A stretch of DNA of 32,000 nt, from contig CP178758.1 of assembly GCA_047651235.1 (NCBI GenBank), positions 180,001 to 212,000 of the forward strand, written 5' to 3'. The notes below the pieces were generated by a model. The model was not told the DNA's origin, ran no database searches, and saw nothing but the letters and a program-made list of their open reading frames with translations. The stretch comes from Candidatus Electrothrix yaqonensis. GTDB lineage: Bacteria > Desulfobacterota > Desulfobulbia > Desulfobulbales > Desulfobulbaceae. Of the stretch, positions 26,403 through 32,000 are shown piece by piece. The translations under genes and the position numbers were made by a program. Numbering within the stretch: the stretch's first letter is position 1; each line of letters starts with the position of its first letter.

Positions 26403-26795
26403 TTACCGTTTGGAGAACTGGAAGCGGGCACGTGCACCGCGTTGACCGTATTTTTTCCGCTCTTTGCAGCGGGAATCACGAGTCAGAAGACCGGCTTTTT
26501 TCAGGGAATCGCGGAGTTCCGGATTCACCTCCTGCAGCGCTTTGGAGATACCATGCACCAGCGCATCAACCTGCGCGGACTTGCCGCCGCCCTTGACCGT
26601 GGCCTTGATATCGTATTTCTCAGTTGTTTCAGTCACGGCAAACGGCCTGTCAACCTTCTGTTCAAAGAAGATATTGCCGAAATAGCTGTCTGTGGACTGG
26701 CTATTGACAACAACATTGCCGCTGCCCGGGGTGAGCCATACTCTGGCAACAGCGCTTTTTCGTTTTCCGGTTGCGTATGTCTGTTCCTGTGCCAT
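26403..26795 (-). CDS. rpsI: 30S ribosomal protein S9
   Basis: 130 aa. It has YATGKRKSAVARVWL, GGGKSAQVDALVHGISKAL, and the C-terminal ...FQFSKR. Confidence 0.95.
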   Translation of the reverse strand: MAQEQTYATGKRKSAVARVWLTPGSGNVVVNSQSTDSYFGNIFFEQKVDRPFAVTETTEKYDIKATVKGGGKSAQVDALVHGISKALQEVNPELRDSLKKAGLLTRDSRCKERKKYGQRGARARFQFSKR

Positions 26796-26806
26796 CTTCT
26801 AATTCC

Positions 26807-27235
26807 TTAAATATCCAGAGGTTCCGGCTGCTGCGCCGCATGGGGATGCTCGGTTCCGGCATAGACTTTCAGTTTTTTCAGCTGCGCCCGCCCGAGTTTA
26901 TTCTTCGGCAGCATACCTTTTACCGCCATCATGATCAGATCTTCAGGAGACTTCTCACGGACTTCTTTGGCGGTTCTGCTTTTGATCCCGCCCATGTAAC
27001 CGCTATGACGATAGTATACTTTATCATCCCATTTGGTACCGGTCAGGTGAACACGATCAGCATTGACAACAATAATAAAATCACCGTTATCCTGAAAATC
27101 ACAGAATGTCGGTTTATGTTTGCCGCGCAGTCGGCGGGCAATCTCTGTGGCGATCCGACCGAGAACCTTGCCGTCGGCATCAACCACGTACCACTTGCGG
27201 TCAATCTCATCTACCGGCGTATAATATGTTTTCAT
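26807..27235 (-). CDS. rplM: 50S ribosomal protein L13
   Basis: 142 aa. It has [33 protein letters not shown]. It lies directly upstream of rpsI, the conserved operon order. Confidence 0.95.
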   Translation of the reverse strand: MKTYYTPVDEIDRKWYVVDADGKVLGRIATEIARRLRGKHKPTFCDFQDNGDFIIVVNADRVHLTGTKWDDKVYYRHSGYMGGIKSRTAKEVREKSPEDLIMMAVKGMLPKNKLGRAQLKKLKVYAGTEHPHAAQQPEPLDI

Positions 27236-27256
27236 GCATGCGCCTCAAGGTGTAAT

Positions 27257-27285
27257 AAAAAAAGGCTCGAACATCGGTCCGAACC
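27257..27285 (-). terminator. Terminator-like hairpin between tRNA-Gly and rplM
   Basis: On the minus strand, GGTTCG-gaccgatgtt-CGAGCC forms a 6-bp stem with one G.U pair, followed by T7 (27263-27257). It lies 15 nt downstream of the tRNA-Gly 3' end and 22 nt upstream of the rplM ATG. Confidence 0.4.
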
Positions 27286-27299
27286 TTGAGCTGTTCAGG

Positions 27300-27374
<75 letters not shown>

Positions 27375-27736
27375 TCATTGAGAATTGAAACGGGCATACA
27401 GATACCATTCTTTCAGGGATGATGTCAAGAGAAAAAAGTCTCTGAAAAATACTTTTTTGAGGGTAAAGTGTACCTTCCGGTTTCCGGTTGTCGCCTGCTC
27501 CGTCCTGTACTTCCGCACAGGTTATGTGCTTTCTTTGCATGCATATCTATCTGTTATACATATCTGTTCCGCCTGTTCGGACTGCAGTACAGCGGAAAGA
27601 CAATCTCCAGAGACAGTAGGCTGTTCCGCACAGCGTTATGCCGGTGCTGTTTTTCTTCTTCTCCTTTCTTGTCTCATATCGTATTATTATAATGAATTAA
27701 CAGCATTTTCGTTTTGATTCCGAACAGGGTGCATGA

Positions 27737-28651
27737 ATGAATAAAAAAATTCTGGTTGCGGTTGACGGGTCAGTGTACAGTTCAAACAGCCTGGATTATC
27801 TGATCCGCTTATTCCGGGAGGACCGGTATTTTTCCGTAGATCTGATCGGCGCTGTCCCGACCAGGGGGAGCAGCGGAGCGCTACCGACTTCCCGGCAGAC
27901 AGAAACGACAGTGCAGCAGCGCAGGGCAAAGACAGAGAGCTATCTGAAAGATGCCCGGGCACGGCTGGTGCGGAACGGTTTCCCGGAAAATAATATTGCC
28001 TTTTTTATTCATCCGGCAGAACCGGGTATCGCATCATCCATCTATTATTTTGCCGAGCAGGGACTGTATGACAGCCTGCTGATCGGCAGACGGGGTGTGG
28101 GCAAGGTCGGTGAAATGCTGCTGGGCAGTGTTTCTGCGGAGCTGATCAGAAAATGTCATGAAGTCCCGCTCTGGGTTGTGGACGGCGAGATTACGTCTAC
28201 CCGTTTTCTTCTGGCCGTGCACAGCAGCCCCTGCTCCCTGATGGCAGCCGACCATCTTGCGTTTATTTTGAGCAGCAACCCGAAAACGGATATCTGCATT
28301 TATCATTCCGGCGCGGTGTTCGGTTCCGCACCGCCAGCCAATCCGGAGGAATTCCACAGCCGCTGGGGGGAACAATGGTGCCGGAAGCATCTGGACCTGG
28401 ATTCCTTTCTCTATCAGGCCCATACCCAGGTGCTGCTTGCAAACGGCATTCCCCTGGAACGGATCATCCACCTGCCGCCGCACCGAGATCTGGATGCCAG
28501 CCATGACCTGCTGCGCCAGGCCAAAAAACATACCTGCGGGACCATTGTCATCGGCCGTAGGGGACGGCAGGTTGACAAGGGTATCCTCGGCGGTGTTTCC
28601 GACAGAACAACCCAGCAGGCCCAGAATATGGCGGTCTGGCTGGTCGGATAA
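27737..28651 (+). CDS. Tandem universal stress protein (two UspA domains)
   Basis: 304 aa. Domain 1 has KKILVAVDGS ... LLIGRRGVGKVGEMLLGSVSAELIRKCHEVPLWVV. Domain 2 has FLLAVHSS ... IVIGRRGRQVDKGILGGVSDRTTQQAQNMAVWLV. Confidence 0.8.
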   Translation: MNKKILVAVDGSVYSSNSLDYLIRLFREDRYFSVDLIGAVPTRGSSGALPTSRQTETTVQQRRAKTESYLKDARARLVRNGFPENNIAFFIHPAEPGIASSIYYFAEQGLYDSLLIGRRGVGKVGEMLLGSVSAELIRKCHEVPLWVVDGEITSTRFLLAVHSSPCSLMAADHLAFILSSNPKTDICIYHSGAVFGSAPPANPEEFHSRWGEQWCRKHLDLDSFLYQAHTQVLLANGIPLERIIHLPPHRDLDASHDLLRQAKKHTCGTIVIGRRGRQVDKGILGGVSDRTTQQAQNMAVWLVG

Positions 28652-28744
28652 CAAACAGTCGGATAGCACTATGACTGCGCCGGTCCCGGATTGCTGCGGA
28701 AAAGCATTATTCAGTGAGAAAACGAAAAAACGAGAGAAATTCTG

Positions 28745-29830
28745 ATGGAACCTGTTGAGCTGAAAGAAAATGTCTGGTGGGTGGCCAACCGGTCTGATGC
28801 CCTGCTGGAGGTGAATATCTATCTCCTCTGTTATCCTCATGACCGGGGACAGGCCAATATTATGATCGATCCCGGTCCGGGGGAACTGCTCACCATGCTG
28901 CAGAAGGCTGTGGCCCCGATCATCGGCGGGCTGGAAAACATCCACGGGGTGCTGATCAACCATCAGGATCCGGATGTTGCACCCAATGCCGCTTTTCTGC
29001 AGAAACTGAACCCGAAATGCCTAGTGGTCGCTTCGGAAGATACGTGGCGCCTGATTCATTTTCTCGGCCTGAAGGCCAGCCGCTTCAAAGCGGTGGAAAG
29101 CTACCGTAATCACCGGGCAACCATGCCGGGTGGCAACAGCCTGATCTTTGTGCCTTCGCCGTTCTGCCATTTCCGCGGTGCCATGATGTATTATGACACC
29201 AGAAGCAGAGTCCTCTTTTCCGGCGATCTGTTTGCCGGGCTTTCCTACACCCATGATCTCTATGCCACGGAAGAATCATGGGAAGGCATCAAGACCTTTC
29301 ATCAGCTCTATATGCCCTCACGGGATGCCCTGCAACTGGCTGTTTCCAGAATCCGCAATCTGGATCCGCCCGTGAAAATGATCGCCCCCCAGCACGGTTC
29401 CATTATTCAGGGAGAGCTGATCCGGGATTTTACCGACCGTATGTATAATTTGGAGGTCGGGCTGGATCTGCTTATCGAGGGGGAGAAGGTGGAGAATTAT
29501 CTTGGCGCGGTGAATGAAATTCTGAGCGAACTGGAACAGGAGGATTCATCCGAAGTTGTTAAAGCTGTTGCCAGGGGGATAGCATCGCTGAATAAGGACA
29601 AGTCGTTCACCAATATCCTGAGCGTTGCTCACAACAGGGTAACCGGCTTTAAAGTTGATCCTCCGGTTGCCATCAAAACGCTGCTGGCTCACCTCCGGGA
29701 AGACGGCAGCGCAGAGCTTGAAGCTCTGGTCAACCTGGTTGCTCTGAAGATCCTGATAGGGCGCAATATTCCGATCGCCAATATTCTGCCGCAGTCCGGA
29801 GAGGAAGAACTACCGGATTATTTTGAATAA
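28745..29830 (+). CDS. Metallo-beta-lactamase-fold protein resembling the di-iron core of flavodiiron proteins/ODP, with an unrecognised helical C-terminal domain instead of flavodoxin
   Basis: 361 aa. It aligns by eye to the FDP core: NHQDPDV versus HxExDH, PFCHFRGAM versus lHWPdsm, LFSGDLFAG versus LFSxDaFG, and IAPQHGS versus IaPsHG. The C-terminal ~120 aa (EKVENYLGAVNEIL...) carry no flavodoxin motifs. Confidence 0.65.
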   Translation: MEPVELKENVWWVANRSDALLEVNIYLLCYPHDRGQANIMIDPGPGELLTMLQKAVAPIIGGLENIHGVLINHQDPDVAPNAAFLQKLNPKCLVVASEDTWRLIHFLGLKASRFKAVESYRNHRATMPGGNSLIFVPSPFCHFRGAMMYYDTRSRVLFSGDLFAGLSYTHDLYATEESWEGIKTFHQLYMPSRDALQLAVSRIRNLDPPVKMIAPQHGSIIQGELIRDFTDRMYNLEVGLDLLIEGEKVENYLGAVNEILSELEQEDSSEVVKAVARGIASLNKDKSFTNILSVAHNRVTGFKVDPPVAIKTLLAHLREDGSAELEALVNLVALKILIGRNIPIANILPQSGEEELPDYFE

Positions 29831-29858
29831 TTCTAAAGAACAGTCGCCCGTGCCTGCC

Positions 29859-30548
29859 ATGAGCCGTAAAAATATTCTGTTCGTTGACCGGAACAAGGAG
29901 TTCCTGCTGGAGATGCGGGAGGCCTTTCAGCCGTTCAAAAATATTTATCAGCTTGCCTTTGCCTCCAACATTGCCAAGGCCAGAGAAATTCTGCGGAAGT
30001 TTACAGTGCATCTGGTCATTGCCAATGTCCAGCTCTCCGGCGAAAGCGGTATCGATCTGCTGTTTTCTGTCCGTCGATGGCATGCTGAAACTCATGTGAT
30101 ACTGTACAGCAGCGAGCTTTCAGAGGAAATCAGGCGGTCTGCGTATCATGGAGGGGTTGCCGCGATTATCGGCTATCCGTTCAGGGTGGAAGAGCTGCTC
30201 CGGGCAGTGGCAGGTGTCTTTGCCAAGGAAGCCGGAGATTCCACCTTTCTGGATACAATTCCTCTTGCGGATCTGCTGCAGCTCATTGGTATGGGGCACC
30301 ATTCCACGGATGTTATTGTAATCAACGCCAAGAGAGAGCGGGGAGTGATCCGGATCCGGCAGGGCAATCTTGTCGAAGCCGAGGCTGTTGGACTGCAGGG
30401 AGTGAATGCGGTCACGGAAATGCTTTCCTGGGAATCCCCGACCATCAAAACCTGCAGAAGCGGTCATTTCACCACCCTGTCCGGCAATCAGGTCTCTCTG
30501 CATGATGCATTGATTCTGGCTGTGGCCCGGCTGGATGAAAAGGCATGA
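29859..30548 (+). CDS. Receiver-like (pseudo-receiver) domain fused to a DUF4388 domain
   Basis: The ATG at 29859 gives MSRKNILFVDRN...; the track ORF starts at the TTG at 29823, overlapping the upstream stop. The CheY-like fold has N at the phospho-acceptor position (LVIANVQLSGESG) and Y in place of the conserved Lys (IIGYPF). The C-terminal LADLLQLIGMGHHSTDVIVINAKRERGVIRIRQGNLVEAEAVGLQGVNAVTEMLSW matches the DUF4388 pattern. Confidence 0.7.
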   Translation: MSRKNILFVDRNKEFLLEMREAFQPFKNIYQLAFASNIAKAREILRKFTVHLVIANVQLSGESGIDLLFSVRRWHAETHVILYSSELSEEIRRSAYHGGVAAIIGYPFRVEELLRAVAGVFAKEAGDSTFLDTIPLADLLQLIGMGHHSTDVIVINAKRERGVIRIRQGNLVEAEAVGLQGVNAVTEMLSWESPTIKTCRSGHFTTLSGNQVSLHDALILAVARLDEKA

Positions 30549-30608
30549 TACGGGCAGCAGGTCCTGTTGTCGGGAAATCTCCTGCCGCCCGCCTGATTTC
30601 CTGCCGCG

Positions 30609-30992
30609 CTATTTCTTTGTTCCCTTTTTTTCAGGCGTCCCACCTGCAGTCTTTGCTGCAGCCTGTGTGTCCTTTGCTGTTTTCTCTTTTGTTTTTTCTT
30701 TTCCACGGACTGCAGCTCCAGCGGCGGGTTTACCCACGACTCCCCCGACTGTGATCTCGTCTTTGAGCCGTTCAATGATTTTTTGACCGATACCGTATAC
30801 ATTCTGCAGGTCACTGATATCTCTAAACTGCCCTTTCTCTTTCCGATATTTAATGATCGCCTGGGCTTTTACTGTGCCGATTCCGGGCAATGATTTCAGT
30901 TCCGATTCACTGGCGGTATTGATGTTCACCGCTGCAAATGCTGCGGCTGCGAAAAACAAAACAAAAAACAGGGAAAGATAGAATGTCTTCAC
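30609..30992 (-). CDS. comEA: ComEA-type helix-hairpin-helix DNA-binding protein (secreted/anchored) with a Lys/Ala-rich tail
   Basis: 127 aa. It has the signal/anchor MKTFYLSLFFVLFFAAAAFA, then VNINTASESELKSLPGIGTVKAQAIIKYRKEKGQFRDISDLQNVYGIGQKIIERL (two HhH motifs). Confidence 0.8.
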   Translation of the reverse strand: MKTFYLSLFFVLFFAAAAFAAVNINTASESELKSLPGIGTVKAQAIIKYRKEKGQFRDISDLQNVYGIGQKIIERLKDEITVGGVVGKPAAGAAVRGKEKTKEKTAKDTQAAAKTAGGTPEKKGTKK

Positions 30993-31169
30993 GGGTGATT
31001 CCTCCAGAGTGGTAAAAAAAGGGGGATGCAGCCTGCCTGAGCAGGTACTCTTTTTATCAGGAAGATAAATCTATTCCAGCATTCTGTTTTTTGTCAATAA
31101 AAAAAGAAAATATTTGATAATTCCATCTCTGATTCTTCAACAAATGTCATGCTGCTATTTGTTCTCCGG

Positions 31170-31198
31170 TTGACACGTATCCCAGAGCCAGATAGTAT
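31170..31198 (+). promoter_or_regulatory. Candidate sigma-70 promoter upstream of the B12-binding-domain gene
   Basis: TTGACA (31170-31175), a 17-nt spacer, then TAGTAT (31193-31198). Sequence match only. Confidence 0.25.
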
Positions 31199-31330
31199 AC
31201 TTATTGATTCCACTGTCCTGCTGCGCTCAGTTTTCTTTCTGCTTCGGGAAGGTTGCCGGGAACCGAAAAAGCTGCAGGACAACGTTTCCGGCATATTCCC
31301 GTATTGCTCTTTCTATCGGCACAAATACTC

Positions 31331-32000
31331 ATGGACGCAACGGACCAGAATGTTCAGCAGGACGTTCAGCAGAATATTCAGGATTTCATTGAAATCCTGC
31401 TGAAAACGGATCAGGTGGGGGCAGAACAGCTGTTTCATCAGGTGCAGGAGCAAAGTTCCTCCTTCCGGACTGTAGACAGGCTCATTGTTCCGGCGCTGGA
31501 AAAAATCGGCAGAGAATGGGAACAGGGTTCCGTTGCCTTGGCTCAGGTCTATATGAGCAGCAAAATCTGTGAAGAGCTGATGGCCCGCTTTCTCCCTGCG
31601 GTCGGGCCGGAATACGTTAAACACCCCCGCATTGCCATTGCCCTGCTGGAAGATTATCATGCGCTGGGAAAAATGATCATCTCCACCGCCCTGCGTGCTC
31701 ACGGCTACAGGGTGCAGGACTACGGTCGTCTGACCGCCGGAGAAATCGCGCAGCGGGTCTGTGACGAGGGTGTCGATATCATCCTTATTTCCGCCCTGAT
31801 GCTCCGCTCAGCCCTGCAGATCAAAGAGGTACGGCGGCGGCTGGATGAATCCGGTTCTTCGGCCCGCCTCATTGTCGGCGGTGCGCCGTTCCGCTTTGAT
31901 CCTCTGCTCTGGCAGGAAGTGGGCGCCGACGCCACAGGCGCAAATGCCGCTGAAGCCCTTGCTGCTGTGGCCGCGTGTCTGAACACGGAGGAAAGAATAT
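31331..32000 (+). CDS. Cobalamin (B12)-binding-domain protein, corrinoid-protein-like; 3' end runs off the window
   Basis: It is not in the ORF track because there is no stop before the window end; I translated it by hand from the ATG at 31331. It reads MDATDQNVQQ...VPALEKIGREWEQGSVALAQVYMSSKICEEL (a B12-binding_2 helical cap), then IAIALLEDYHALGKMIISTALRAHGYRVQDYG (DxHxxG motif), ILISALM (SxL) and LIVGGAP (GG). There is no obvious SD, so the start is uncertain. Confidence 0.7.
   Translation, partial: MDATDQNVQQDVQQNIQDFIEILLKTDQVGAEQLFHQVQEQSSSFRTVDRLIVPALEKIGREWEQGSVALAQVYMSSKICEELMARFLPAVGPEYVKHPRIAIALLEDYHALGKMIISTALRAHGYRVQDYGRLTAGEIAQRVCDEGVDIILISALMLRSALQIKEVRRRLDESGSSARLIVGGAPFRFDPLLWQEVGADATGANAAEALAAVAACLNTEERI

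Noticed and set aside
27548-27577. Short direct repeats TATCTGTT (27548-27555 and 27561-27568) plus CCTGTT (27572-27577), in the 360-bp spacer between tRNA-Gly and the USP gene.
   Set aside because: An 8-mer repeated twice can arise by chance in an AT-rich spacer, and no known motif is recognised. It is noted only as a place to look if a regulator of the USP cluster is sought.
30993-31330. A possible cobalamin riboswitch upstream of the B12-binding-domain gene; the same question was considered for 10069-10344 upstream of nrdJ.
   Set aside because: I could not find a B12-box-like element or the conserved GCCACTG/GGTGCC-type core by eye. The nrdJ leader is better explained by NrdR boxes. A covariance-model scan (Rfam RF00174) would settle it.

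Overview
This is a chromosomal window with no transposases, CRISPR arrays or prophage genes. Its gene content fits a sulfur-cycling, nitrate-respiring Thermodesulfobacteriota/Deltaproteobacteria-type genome (Desulfobulbales-like); that placement is inference from gene content only.

Left to right:
- A PilZ-domain protein.
- dsrA-dsrB-dsrD (dissimilatory sulfite reductase with the DsrD marker).
- rdgB, queH and a GAF/sigma-54 activator on the minus strand.
- Two tRNA-Ser genes, a secreted SH3b protein and a ParA N-terminal remnant.
- nadB.
- A class II (B12-dependent) ribonucleotide reductase, nrdJ. It is preceded by tandem NrdR-type boxes and interrupted by a 373-aa LAGLIDADG intein exactly at the NPC|GEQ catalytic cysteine.
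- A SEC-C-motif protein and a Cys-rich secreted protein.
- ddl.
- An ATP-sulfurylase-like/APS-kinase fusion whose sulfurylase motifs are degenerate.
- A DUF805 membrane protein.
- napD-A-G-H-B (periplasmic nitrate reductase).
- A divergent CRP/FNR-family regulator, followed by an HAO-family octahaem cytochrome c.
- rpsI-rplM and tRNA-Gly.
- A tandem-USP protein, a flavodiiron-core-like protein and a pseudo-receiver/DUF4388 protein.
- comEA and a partial B12-binding-domain protein.

The observations most worth follow-up:
1. A nitrate/nitrite module (nap, crp/fnr, hao-like) is wired by two FNR-type palindromes, each centred 41.5 bp upstream of the start implied by a TAnnnT hexamer.
2. A perfect heptanucleotide array plus an A8 tract sits on the start of that regulator gene.
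3. The USP, di-iron-like and pseudo-receiver trio is a candidate sensory unit.
4. The APS kinase is fused to a sulfurylase-like domain that is probably dead.
5. The nrdJ intein looks intact.

I could not identify a clearly new multi-gene system with confidence. The candidates above are flagged with their limits.
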